A DNA stretch of 64,000 nucleotides. Origin: Hypanus sabinus (lineage: Eukaryota). Where the stretch lies: assembly GCF_030144855.1 (NCBI RefSeq), contig NC_082730.1, positions 36,952,001 to 37,016,000 of the forward strand, in the 5' to 3' direction. The position numbers and the translations under genes are program-made. The notes below the pieces were generated by a model that worked only from the letters and a program-made list of their open reading frames with translations, was not told where the DNA came from and searched no databases. Below are positions 26,618 to 39,729 of this stretch, one piece after another (position 1 is the first letter of the stretch; each line of letters starts with the position of its first letter).

Positions 26618-27204
26618 ACACAAAAGAAGTCTGGCAGATATTGGAAACAGCACATTCACAAAGCTGCAGGAACTCAATAGGTCAGGCAGCATCTGTGGAA
26701 ACGAATAAGCTGTTAATAGATTTGGCTGAGACCTTTTTTCATGACTGGAGAGGAAAAGAGAGGAGAAGAAAATAATAAGGTGCGGAGAGGAGCAGGAGGC
26801 TAGCGAGAAAGCGATGAGTAAAGCTAAGTGGATGGGAAAGGTAAAGAGCTGGAGAAGAAGGAATCTGATAAGAGAGGAAAGCGGACCATGGGAGGAAGGC
26901 ACACAGGGAGAGGTGATAGGCAGGTGAGAAGAAGTAAGAGGGCAGAGTGGAGAATAGGAGAAGAGGGAAGAGGAAGGGAAAATATTTTTTTCCCAGAAGG
27001 AGAAATTGATATTCATGCCACCAGGCTGGAGGCTACCCAAACAGAATATAAGGTGCTGCTCCTCCATCCTGAGGGTGGCCTCATTGTGGCACAAGAGGAT
27101 ACCATGGACCAACATGTCAGATGTCAAGCACCTCTGTTCCATCCACCAAAAGCGGAACTTCCCAATGACCACACATTTCAATTCTCATTCTGACATATCC
27201 ATGG
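26618..27204. mobile_element. Second Penelope-like element with inversion
   Basis: Minus strand SDMLVHGILLCHNEATLRMEEQHLIFCLGSLQPGGMNINF plus terminal repeat. About 27124-27204 on + gives the adjoining upstream segment KHLCSIHQKRNFPMTTHFNSHSDISM. Confidence 0.85.
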
Positions 27205-27485
27205 TTGTTTTTTTTCTGCTTTTTGAACCATTCTTTGTAAACTCCAAAGACTGTTGTGCTTGAAAATCCCAGGAGATCAACAGTTTCTGGGATACTCAAA
27301 CCACCCCGCCTGGCCCCAACAATCATTCCACAGTCAATATCACCTTGATCACATTTCCTCCCCATTCTCATGTTCAGTATGAACAACAACTGAACTTCTT
27401 GACCATGTCTGTATGTTTTTATGCACTGAGTTGCAGTGGCCCAATTGGCTGATGAGTGAGCAGGTGTACAGGAAGCTACTGAGTG
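27205..27485 (-). mobile_element. Tc1-family DNA transposon 5' fragment
   Basis: Transposase N-terminal HTH MGRKCDQGDIDCGMIVGARRGGLSIPETVDLLGFSSTTVFGVYKEW (ATG at 27365); terminus cactcagt next to TA at 27486-27487. Confidence 0.85.
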
Positions 27486-28519
27486 TATAGTGACATAATT
27501 TTTCAAAGTAGTCTAAAAAAATTACATAAAACAAACGTGCAGATAATCCCTAATGGGCTAATTACATTGATTTTTGTTATTTGGCATCAATGTGCTGAGA
27601 TTTATTTCAAATGCCAAGCCAATCATAATCATTCTATCGCAGCAAATTGTTCTGTACAAACGTTCACAAATGAAGCTTGCAAACAAGTGTATTTATAATA
27701 AAGTAATGTCATGGGTTAAGGTTACCTGTGTCAACAACATTATGATTTCCATATGTAAATTGTCGAATAGTCTCTCCTCCTGAAAGGTTTGTGATTATGT
27801 ACAGGCGATTCCCTTGCAACTTTACACTTTTGTCCCAAGAACTATTAGCACTTCAATCAACTGTTTTAATCTGTCAACAGATTTTAGCTAAATAAGCAAT
27901 AGAAAATATCATGGTAGTGTGCAAAAATAAGACATTTTAATGTAATTACATCATTGGAAACATTCCATCTTTATTTATGAGATTCCCAGAATATTGTTGC
28001 TGTGTTCCCTTGCGTAACACCTCTCTTTTGTCAACCTTATTCTCACTTAGAACAGCATTTGCCAAGCTTCCATGTGCAACAGAATGCTGGGTCAGTTTTG
28101 TTCCCAAGCTCTCTTGGGTTTCCTTGTATGACACCACAACATCATTCTCAGCTCATATTATGTTTTAATGTCTTGCAAGATCTTCAGTTATAAGCACTTC
28201 ACCTAGCAGCCAGCCCTTATAGAGGCATGACAAAATTTTGCTAGACTCCTTGAGTCATCTGGGAGTTCCATTGACCAAACAACAAATGATCGAAGAGCAG
28301 AGAAAGAAAGTTACTATTCCAAAGGAGAATTCAGACAGCTCTTGAGAGGCGAGAGAGGACGAAGCCCTTGCTCAAGGTTGCCAGGGGGGTCTCCTAGCCA
28401 GCTGAATACATGAGCACCGTTAAATAATGTTTGCATTTTTAGAAAGCCAAAGCTCTAGAAAACCATCATGCCTTCTGCGATCATCTCTCGTTCATCTGGT
28501 ATTTATATGGTGCTGATTT

Positions 28520-29030
28520 GGAGAATGGTGAGATGCAAAGGGAATCAATGTTATTATACACCAGTCATTGAAAACAAACATGCATATGCAACAAGCACCT
28601 AAGAAGGCAAATAGTATGCAGGTCCTCACTGCAAGATGATCAGAGTACAGGAGCTAAGATGCCTAGCTACAATTATGCAAGATGTTCGTGAGACTGCAAT
28701 TTGAGTATCGTGCACAACTTTGGTTTCTTTACTCAAAGGAGATACGACCATAGAGGCAGTGCAGTGAGCATTCAGTTGATAGCATCCTGACATGTCTGAA
28801 CTGTCACATAATGAAAGATTAGGCTGAATAAATCTGTAGTCACTGGAATTTAACAGAATGAGAGAAGATTTCTTTGAAACATACAACATTCTGACAGGGC
28901 TAGACACATTGGATATGAAGAGAATGTTTCTGTTGGTGTGGGGAGGAAACATGTCAAGAATTGGATGTCAAAGTCTCAATAAATATTTAGAACTGACAAG
29001 AAAAGATTTTTCTTTGCTCATAGGTTGACT
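28520..29030 (+). mobile_element. Old CR1 LINE 3' fragment
   Basis: aagaaggcaaatagtatg (KKANSM) and ggaatttaacagaatgagagaagatttctttgaaacatacaacattctg (EF.RMR.D..ETY.IL). Confidence 0.75.
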
Positions 29031-30304
29031 GTTACCCAGTTTATGTATAAATTCTTCCAAGGGTATAGAAGAGTCAATAAGTGAATACCACATTAAACAA
29101 ACAGTAGCTTGATTTGTTAAATTTTAAATACCATGCTGTGTTTTCACATGTTGCTAATAAAAAATTAAACAGTAGATCTATTCAATTAATACAATTTATC
29201 TTCTTGAATTTAAATTTAATCATCTGAACTCAAAGATTGTTTTTTTAATTTTACCCTTTGATTGTGAAAGCATTTTTTTTAACCAATAGATAAATTTACA
29301 GATGGGGATTTATTTCTTTTTCTCCACATAAGGAATGACAGATTTATTTCACCTGACTGAAATGCAGATGGACATTTCTTCAGCAAAACACAAAAATGGT
29401 GGAGGAACTCAGCAAGTCAGGAAGCTTGAAGCTAAAGCCCTAGCTAGAATCAGTCATTATCTTCAACACCCCATCTTTAAGTCTGTGCCATTCCATTGAA
29501 ACTATGCTTCATTTTGACCATATTCTCGGCCACATGGTTCCCTACCCTGGAAATCTGTGGCTAAACCAAGCTGGGTGTATTCATTTATACCAGGAGATTT
29601 ATTCCATATCTTGGCAAAGGACCAACATGGAAAAAAAGCTGAAGATTTAGCCTTTGAGCTATTTCTCAGACATGCTTAATTCAATAGCATATAGTGACAC
29701 TTGTAGCACCCTGGAATTTCAGGACCAATTACATTTTGTATTGCTACACATGTTCACATATTACAAAAGTCAACCCATGCTTGATACATGAAATTTGGGA
29801 TGCATTTTCTGTATTTATAGGCTCAAGCCTTTTTACTGTGTGTACCATCTCCTTCTACAGGAAATAAGCAGATACCTCCCTTCATGTTATACTTCTAACA
29901 GACAAGTACAGCAATAAATGGACTACCCGTTCAAAATAGGAGTTTATTAAACTAGATGTGATACCTATATATTGTATTCAACTGAAAAAATAATGATTCA
30001 GTTTATGAATAAGTAAGGTGCTGACAATAGTGAATACTTCGTATTCTTTTTCTATTAGAAGGAGACTTCAGGTATTTAGAAATATACTAAGTACTTGTTT
30101 TCATTAAATATATCTATGAATACTATTGACATCAAAAGTTAGAGTTAGCCATACACTATATAACTTGTTAAGCAATGAAATGTTTAGTGACTGGACTGGT
30201 AGTATGATCAAGACTGCACCACTGATCAAGATGTATGAACTCATAGCAGCTGTGGAATTCAAATTTGAGTAACTAAGTAAAAGATAGAATAGGTAAAAAA
30301 AAAG

Positions 30305-33300
30305 TCGCAGTCATGGAGAAGTACAGCACAGAAACAGACCCTTCAGCCCATCTAGTCCATACTGAAACCATTTAAACTGCCTACTCCCATCAATCTGCAC
30401 TTGACCCATAGCTCTCTATACCCCTACCATCCTTGTACCTATCCAAACCCCTCTTTGATGTTGAAATCAAACTTGCACCACTTGTGCTGGCATTATATTC
30501 CACACTCTCATGACCCTCTGAGTGAAGACGTTTCCCCTCATGTTCCTCTTAAACTTCTCACCTTTCATACTTAATCTATGACCTCTTGTTGTAGTCCCAC
30601 TCAACCTCAGTGGAAAAATCCTGCCAACATTTACCCTTTCTATACCCCTCATAAGTCTGTATACCTCTATCCAACCTCCTTTCAATCTTCTATGTTCTAA
30701 AGAATACAGATCTAACCTTTCCAATCTTTCTCTACAACTCAGGCCCTCCATACCCGGCAACATCCTTGTAAATTTTCTCTGTACTCTTTTAACTTTGTTT
30801 ACGTCTTTCCTGTAAGTAGGTGACAAAAACTGCACACAATACTCCAAATTAATCCTCACCATCGTTTTTTACAACTCCAACATGACATCCCATTTCCTAT
30901 ACTCAGTAGTTTGATTTATGAGGAGAATGTCCCAAAACCTTTCCTTACAACCCTATCTGTGATGCCACTTTCAACAAAATATGGACCTGTATTCCCAAAT
31001 CCATTTGTTCTACCACACATCTTAGTGCCCTACCATTAACTGTGTAAGACCTACCCTGCTTGGTTCTACTGAAGTGCAAAACCTCACACTTGCATTACAT
31101 TCCATTTGCCATTTTTCAGTCGATTTGTCCAGCTGATGTAGATCCCTCTGCAAACCATGATAGCCTTTCTCACTGTCCACTACACACCCAATCTTGGTGT
31201 CATCTGAAAATTTGTTGATCCAGTTAACCACATTATCATCCAGATCATTGATACAGATGACAACAACAACAGACTCAGCACTGATCATTGCAGCACACCT
31301 TGTCACTGGCCTCCAGTCAGAGCGGCAACCCTCCACTATCAGTGTCTGGCTTCTCCCACAAAGCCAATGTCGAATCCAATTTACGACTTCATCCTAAATG
31401 CTGAGCAACTGAACCTTCTTGACTACCCTCCCATGCAGAACCACATCAAGTACCTTACTAAAGTCCATGTAGACAACATCCACTGCATTGCCTTCATCCA
31501 CTTTTCTAGAAACTTTCTCAAAAAATTCTATAAGATTGGTTTGACATGAACCACCATGCACAGAGCTGTGCTGACTATCCCTAATCAGTCCATGTCGATC
31601 CAAATACCTATATATCCAGTTCCTTAGAATACCTTCTAATAACTTTTCCACAACTGATGTCAGACTCACTGGCCTATAATTTTCTGATTTATGCTTAGAG
31701 CCTTTTTTAAACAGCGAAACAACATTGGCTATCTTCCAATCCTCTAGTACCTCTCCCGTCACTAATGATGATTTAACTAATCTCTGTTAGGGCCCCAGCA
31801 ATTTTTGCACTTGCCTCCTGCAGGATCCGAGGGGACACCTTGTCAGGCCCTGGGGATTTATCTCCCCTAATTTGCCTCAGGATAGCAAACACCTCCTTCT
31901 CTGTAATCTGTGCAGGGTCCATGAAGTCGAGGCCACTTTGCCACTCTTGAGTAAATACAGATACATAAAACCCATTGAAGATCTCTCCACCTGTTTTTGC
32001 TTCGAACGTGGTTTACCATTTTGGTCTTCCAGAGGACCAATTTTGTCCTTACAATTCTTTTGCTTCTCCTTCACCTTGTCCACCAGAGCAACTTTATGCC
32101 TTCTTTTAACCCTCCTGATTTTTTTCTAAAGTGTTTGTTTGCATTTCTTATACTCCATAAGCAGATCATTTGTTCCTACTTGCCCTGCTATGCACCTCCT
32201 TTTTCTCTTAACCAGGGCTTCAATATCTCTTGAAAACCAAGGTTTCCTACATTTGTTATCTTTATCTTACATACAAGTTTTGTACTCTCAAAATATTGTT
32301 CTTGAAAGCCTCCTACTTTCCAATTACAACTTTTCCAGAAAATAGCCTGTCCCATCCCACAATGCCAGATCATGTCCAATACCATCAAAACTTTTTTTTT
32401 CCAATTTAGAATCTCAACCAGCATAGCAGACCTATCTTTTTGCATATTTACTTTGAAACTAATGATATTGTGGCACTAGATGCAAAGTGTTCCCCTGCAC
32501 AAACTTCTGTCACCTGCCCTGTCTCTTTCCCTAATAGCAGATCCAGTATTGCACGGTCTCTCACTGGGACTTCTACGTACTAATGAAGGAATCTTTTCTG
32601 AACACATTTGGCAAACTCTATTCCATCTAGTCCTTTTACAGTATGGGATTCCCAGTAAGTATGTGAAAAGTTAAAATTACCCACGAGAACAAACTTACGT
32701 TTCTTGCAAAAGTCTACAATTTCTATACACATTTGTTCCTCTCAATCCCTAGGACTGTTGGATGGTCTGTAATATAGCCCCATTAACATGCTCATACCTT
32801 CCTTATTTCTCAGTTCCATCCATAATGCCTCACTAATTGACTTATCCAGTCAGTTCTAGACAGAGCAGTGCTGTGATATTTTTCCTGTTTAGTAATGCCA
32901 CCCCTCCTCATTTAATCCCTCCCACTCTCTCACACCTAAAGCGGAACCCCAGAATATTGAGTTGCCAGTCCTGCTCCTCCTGCAATAAAGTCTCACTAAT
33001 GGCAATGATGACGTAATTCTGGGTGTTGATTCATGCCCTGAGCTCATCTGCCTTGCTTACAATTCTTCATGCATTGAAAAATCTGCAGCTCGGAACACCA
33101 GGTGCACCATGCTCAATCTTCTGGTTCCAACTATGTCTGAGGTCTGACCAACATCTGCCTTCATAAACTCTCCACTAACTGTTCTGGCACTCTAGTTCCA
33201 TCCCCGCCTCTCGAGTTTAAACCCTACCACACAGCAATACCAAACTTTCTCACTAGGATATTAGTTTACTTCAAGTTCAGGTGCAATCTGTCCCTTCTGT

Positions 33301-34160
33301 ACACATTCCACCTTCCCTGGAAGGGAGTCCAATTATCCAAAAAACTTATGCCCTCCCTCCTACACCAACTCTTTAGTCATGTGTTAAACTGTATAATCTT
33401 CCTAGTTCTGGTTTCACTAGCATCTAGCACCCTGAGATCACAACTCTGAAGTTCCTGCCCTTAAACCTGGCATAACTCACTGAACTCCCTATGCAGAAGC
33501 TTGTCCCTCATCCTACCCATGTCATTGGTAACTACATGGACACATGACCTCTGGCTGTTCACCCTCCCACTTAAGAATGCTGAGGATTCGACCCTGGTAC
33601 CCAGAAGGCAACATACCATCAGGGAATCTCGTTTTCACCCACAGAACCTCCTGTCCATTCCCCTAACTAATGAATCCCCTATAACCACAATGCTTCTCTT
33701 CTCTCCACTTCCCTTCTGAGTCACAAAGCCAGACTCAATGCCAGAGATCCGACCACTGTGATTTTCCTTGGTTATGTCACCCCTCCCCCACCCCCATCAG
33801 AGTCCAAAGTTGTATACCTGTTGGTGAGAGGAATGGCCAGAGGGGTACTCTGTACTGACTGTTTAAACACACTCCCCTTCCTAACTGTCAGCCATTTTCC
33901 TATGTCATGCATCCTGGGTGTAACTACCTCTCTATATGCCCTATCTGTCACCCCTTCAGCCTCTTGAATGATCTGGAGTTCATCCTGTTCCAGCTCTTAA
34001 CGCGGATTGTTAGAAGCTGCAGCTGGATGCACTTCTCGCAGTTGTAGTTGTCAGGGACACTGGAAGACTCCCTGTCTTCTCTCATCCCACAAGAGGAGCA
34101 CTCAACCATCCTGCCTGGTACCTCCACTGTCCTGGTAGGGATCTGGGGGTCCTGGAGCAG
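30305..34160 (-). mobile_element. Near full-length decayed CR1 LINE (ORF1 plus ORF2)
   Basis: ORF1 start MVECSSCGM...NYNCEKCIQLQLL; ORF2 pieces IGPLEDQNG, EDWKIANVVSLFKKG...NYRPVSLTSVV, KFSDDTKIG, VRINLEYCVQF...FTQRVMRVWN; CR1 tail near 30310. Confidence 0.93.
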
Positions 34161-34165
34161 GAAAC

Positions 34166-35084
34166 ACAAACAGTTAGTATACAAGTACAGCAGGTGGTCA
34201 AGAAGGCCAATGGAATGCTGGCTTTTATTGCTAGGGGGATGGAGTATAAGAACAGGGAGGTCTTACTGCAGTTGTACCAGGTATTGGTGAGACCACACCT
34301 GGAGTACTGCGTGCAGTTCTGGTGTCCATATTTAGGAAAGGACATACTGGCTCTCGACGCAGTGCAGAGAAGGTTCACTAGGTTAATTCCGGGGATGGGT
34401 GGGTTGATGTATGATGAGAGGTTGAGTAGATTGGGACTCTACTCATTGGAGTTCCGAAGAATGAGAGGCGATCTTATTGAAACATATAAGATTGTGAAGG
34501 GGCTTGATCGGGTGGAGGCGGGGAGAATGTTCCCAATGATGGGTGAAACTAGGACTAAGGGGCATAATCTTAAAATAAGGGGATGCTGTTCCAGGACTGA
34601 GATGAGGAGAAATTTCTTCACTCAGAGGGTAGTGGGGCTGTGGAATTTACTGCCCCAGAGAGCTGTGGAAGCTACTACACTCAATAAATTCAAAACGGAG
34701 ATAGACATTTTCCTGGATAAAAACGGCATTAGGGGATATGGTGAGCGAGCAGGTAAGTGGACATGAGGCTAGGTTTAGATCAGCCATGTGATCTCCTGGA
34801 CCAGTTTTCTATAGCCTGGATGGGTCGGAGAGGAATTTTCCAGATTTTTTCTCCTCAATTGGCAAATCGTTTTTTTTTCCCCGGGTGATCACATGGGTTT
34901 GGGCGGGATGAATAATAAAATAAAATGGGTGGCACGGTGCCCTGTTGGTTGGCACTGTTGCCTTGTGGGATTCGGTGAAAACTAGAGTGAAGATTGGATC
35001 AGCCATGATCTTGTTGAATGGCGGACAGGCTTGAGGGGCCGATTGGCCTACTCCTGCTCCTATCTCTTATGTTCTTATGTCCTA
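34166..35084 (+). mobile_element. Young 5'-truncated CR1 LINE with uninterrupted ORF2 C-terminus
   Basis: ORF 34194-34766 KKANGMLAFIARG...LVRPHLEYCVQFW...FFTQRVVGLWN...GIRGYGERAGKW has no stops and retains CpGs; tail cttatgttcttatgt. Confidence 0.93.
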
Positions 35085-36094
35085 ACTGAGCAGAAATGAA
35101 AAAAACAAAGGGAAAAAATAACTTTTTTTTTGCTGGTCAGAGCTCAATTACACAGCCGCGATCCATTGCTGCCTTTTTAGACTCAGTCAGTGGGACCTAA
35201 ATGAAATCTCCTCCTCTCAAACTTCTGATGTTCAGATTGGTCCCTGGTCAGAGCTCAATAACTGGTCAGGAAATGACAAGATTATTATAAGAACCTAACG
35301 GATCTTTTAGTTAAGGAAATTTGCAGTCCTTATGATATCCAGCCTACAGGTAACTCCAGGTACAGCAATTGACTCTTAACATCCTGCATTGTTCAGGGAC
35401 ATTTGAGAATAGACATTGCCAATCATGTCCTTGTCTGTGACCAAGTACATCAATATTGCATAAAAAACTTATTATAAGCAATAGTTGCTGATTGATAGGG
35501 TCTGACTTCGGGGTGGACTGGATTAGCACACTGATTAGCCTTCTTTTGGATTTGAATTTTAATTAGGACTAATGAGATAAAATATTTTAAATGCCAATTG
35601 GAAAGCTAAGAGTCAGCTTCCCTCATTAGCACTTCTCTAATAATTTAGAACCTTGACACCTTAGTGCAGTACCAATACAAATTAGGTGGTGTAATTTATT
35701 TTTGGTAATATCAGACTTCAGGCACCATTTGGTTTTACTGAATGGTATTTAATTGTCATAGCATAAATCAGAACAGAGCTATGTCCCGTTTATCTGATCT
35801 GCCATTATAGTTTAACTGGTGGTTAACAGTGACAAGCCTATCCCCACCAGTTGCTATACCCTTGTGTTATGCAGTGGCATATCCATCCTCACTGTTACCG
35901 TACTCCAGTGTTTTATGGTGATAGTTAAAATATACTATTTGCTAATGAAGTTAAAGGTTTAAAAAGACTATGTTAATAAGTTACAATGTACTTTAAGTAC
36001 TTTTAAGTTAAGAAGTAAAAAACCTAAATAAAAAGTTAAAAGTACTATTTTTAAGACATTTCTTGAATATTCTTAGCAGAACACCAGACATTTA

Positions 36095-37570
36095 GTTTCG
36101 AGTTCAAGCTTATTGTCATCTGCCTGTATATGTATACAACCAAACTAAACCAGGTTCCTCCAGATGACGACACACCCACAACACATATGTCATACATTGC
36201 ACATAGAGTAAACCAAAATATGACCATAAATAGATTCATACAATATACTCTAACTATAATTCACAATGCATAGAGTGTGCAGGACAAGTTATCAGTAAAC
36301 AGATCTTTGACCTAGTAACAGGACCTCAGTGCTGGCAGGGTATTTAACAGTCTCACAGTCTGAGGGAAGAGGTTGTTACCCAGTATGGCAGTCTGATTCC
36401 TGATGCTTCTGTACCTCCTTCCTGGTGACAGTAAGTCAAATAGGTTGTGGGATGGGTGGTAGGGATCCTGAATACTGCTTCAGGCCCTTCTTCTGCAACA
36501 CTCCCAGTAAAACGTCACAAGCAGTGAGGAGGGAGACCCCAGTGATCCTCTTGCCAGTTTTTAATATCGTCCATAGAGTCTTGTTTTCTGATGTCTTGAG
36601 TTTTCTCTACCACGCGAAGATGCAGCCTGAGAGGAACATATCTATGGTGCTCCTGTAGAAAGTTAGAACGGGGGCAGAGAGCCTTGCACGCCTCAATCTC
36701 TCCAGAAAGTGCATTCACTGCTGTGCTTTCATGACTAGTGAGCAAATGTTGTGGGTCCAGGTAAGTCCGTCTATTATGTGCACACCAAAGAATTTTGTGC
36801 TCATCACCCTTTCCACAGAAGAAACATTGATGTGTAAGGGAGAGTGGTCAGCCTGTGCCTTTCGGGAGTTCACAATCATCTTTTCTGTCTTATCCATATT
36901 GTTACTTGGGTTGCTGCTTCCACACCATTCAACAAGCCTCTCGACCTCCTCTCTGTATGCCAACCCATCATTGCTGCCGATGAGGCCAAGCACTGTTGTA
37001 TGATCACAGAACACGATGATGTGGTTTGTGCTAGATCTGGCAGCGCAGTCGTGAGCCAGTAGCGAGATCAGCAGCCGGCTGAGCACACAGCCCCGGGGGG
37101 GGGGGGGGGGGGTGTGGTGGGGGGCACCAGTGCTCAGTGTGATGGAGCTTGAGATGTTGCAGACAGCTCGGACTGACTGGGGTCTTTCCATCAAGAAATC
37201 CAAGATCCAGTTACAGATCCGTTGGAGCTGTTGTCCCAATGAAAACAGTTAATTCACCGTCTTCTGTGGGATGTTCACGTCAAAAGCTGAGCTGAGGTCT
37301 ATATGCAACACCCTGGTGTATGAGGCATCATTTTCTAGGTGGGACAGGACAGAGTTGAAGGCTCAAGCTATGGCCTCATCAATGGACCAACTTGAGCCGT
37401 AGGTGAAATGGAATGGGTGCAATGAAGCTGGAAAGTGGCATTTTATATGATGCACAACCGTGATTCAAAGCGCTTGATGATTGTTGAAGTCAGTGTCACT
37501 GGGCCTTAATTGTTTACCCCAGTTATCACCGCTCTCTGGGGCACCAGAATGATGGTGGCTGTCTTGAAGC
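36095..37570 (-). mobile_element. Rex1/Babar LINE fragment
   Basis: ICNWILDFLMERPQSVR...LSTGAP..GCVLS, AYREEVERLVEWC, KFFGVHI; ttcgagttcaag tail; contains a G-run at about 37094-37123. Confidence 0.88.
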
Positions 37571-39729
37571 CCCTTCCCCAGGGGGAGAGGGACTTTTCCT
37601 TGATGCCACATCGTTCAGTGCATCAGATCATGCAAAGAAAGCATTTTGCCCATCAGTACGGAAGGCATTACTATCGATAACGCGCGAAGTGGACCTTTAA
37701 TCAGTTAAGGTTTATTATATATTTTACCACATGTGCTGTGTGTGCCTGGTGTCTCCAAGGTGTCTGAATTTTCTGTGTGTATTCATTCTTTAATAGCATG
37801 AGGGAGTGTAGCTCTTGCTAACCTTAGAGATGATCTGACTCTTGCCTTTTTGAAGTTAGCACTGGATGCAAGAACTTAAAGAATTGTTCTCTGATCTGAT
37901 GCAACCTTGAGATCAGGAAAACATAATGTTCCAGAATAGACTCAGGCCAACATAATGGGATGAATATCCACTTTCTGTGCTGTAATCATTTTGTGATCTA
38001 TGAATACAGTTTTATTTTTCAAAACAAACTGATATTAAGTAGCCAAAAATACTGTGTGTCTAAACTGCTATTTACTGTCTTACATTTTCAGAGAACTCAG
38101 TCTTCCAGAAAAAAGTATTGTGTAGTGAGTGTACAGTCACTCACCTTATTCCCATTCTATATAATAATAAAAGCTTAAGAACACAAGAGTGGAAGATCCA
38201 AGAGTAAAGTTACTGACCAGGCAGCTCCAATTTCAGTGCATACGAACTGATGATTGGACCTTAACCCCATGTTGATAATTCTCTCTCAAATATATTGTAG
38301 CTACATTGATGAGAGAAAACATCAAGCTCTATTCTTATTCATAAAATATTCTGAAGCTATTGCATTGGAACATTTAAATTTTAAGTTTCTCTTCTCATCT
38401 CTCCTATATGAATTGGACAAAATTAATGCAATGTTCAGTTTAGGAAATTTGAACATTCACATTTTAACATCATGCTGAATGATATTACTGATTTCTATCT
38501 GCCTGTATTTTCATCCTTTGACTTTGTATGCAATTTATCTACCTTAATGAACCTTGACAAACATATAACTCACTTGGAATAACACACCATTATTAATTTC
38601 ACATATACACAACACAAATATTAAGAATTCTATTTCAGTCCAGAGTATATTCAAAGTTCTTCAGTAATGGTGTTTGTGGCACATAGAAAAGCTCGTCTAA
38701 ACCCTTTGATGTTTGAGGAATTATCTTCAAAGGAGAAAGAAAATCACAGAATGTTACTGAAGAACTGAAATCCCTTGATCTTTTGCCTTCCACATTTGTT
38801 TTGGATTATATAACCCCTGGAAATTCCTTGCAAATTCCTTTTTTTTTTCAATTGCCAGTGAACAGGAATTAAAGTTTTAAAAATTTACTTTTTTTCTAAA
38901 TAATTAGTTATCAACTTCTAGAATAATCTAGTTCTCTACTGGAGGGTTTGATGGCCTGATATTTTTTACCATTTTCAATTAATATTGAATATTCAGTGCA
39001 ATTCTGCTGAAAATTTTGAAAGCAAAATGTTGCAAGTGTTGTAAATTGTTGATAATAGTTAAAATTTCAAGCCGCATATATTGAGAGAGAAGGGGTGTTA
39101 ATATTTTAAGTTGACCATCTTTTATCAGAACTGAGAAAAGTTAGAAATGAAACAAATGGAAGATAATGAAGCTATGGCCTTTAGGAGATGACCTCCTCTG
39201 TCAGATTATCCTTCCTCCAAATCTCATCCCTTTCTCATCCACTCCCCCTACCCACAGCAATATCAGGTTACATTTCAAATATCCACCAAATATTTTGATT
39301 AATGAAGAGTCTGCTAATTTCAATATGGTTCAGCCTTTGTTTTATTGCAAATTATTTATAAAGGTTATGATTGTAACCTTTTGATTTGACTAGAACAAGC
39401 TGCACAAAATCATGTTCCGTAAGTGTGATGCTGAAATGATCCATGCATTAGACGAATGATGACAGACGGTGCCTGAAACAATTTCCTGATGGATGGGACC
39501 TGAGAGCAATGTGGTTACAACATCCATTTTATGTGTAGTTTACAGAAAAGAAAGAAATGTCATCTCATAAATTTGCTTCACCTGAGCTGAATATTTGAAG
39601 TAATCCAGAAGTCATCTTTATTCTGAAATGCTTATCAGATATGGAGAACCAGTAGATAGCAACTGCAAGAACTTTTCATAGGATTTGGTCCATTCCTTCA
39701 GATTTTAATCATTAGTGATAGAGTTGTAG

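Noticed and set aside
26513-27181. 222-aa hydrophobic ORF as a membrane protein
   Set aside because: It is a Penelope endonuclease tail read through a low-complexity pyrimidine tract; the same applies to the ORFs at 2962-3290.
34194-34766. 190-aa ORF as a host gene
   Set aside because: It is the CR1 ORF2 C-terminus.
35996-36045. 11-bp inverted repeat AGTACTTTTAA / TTAAAAGTACT
   Set aside because: It lies in an AT-rich low-complexity context where this is expected by chance.
37094-37123. G-run as a functional G-quadruplex
   Set aside because: It is a homopolymer expansion inside a dead Rex1 RT (the GAPQG codons) and could include sequencing error.
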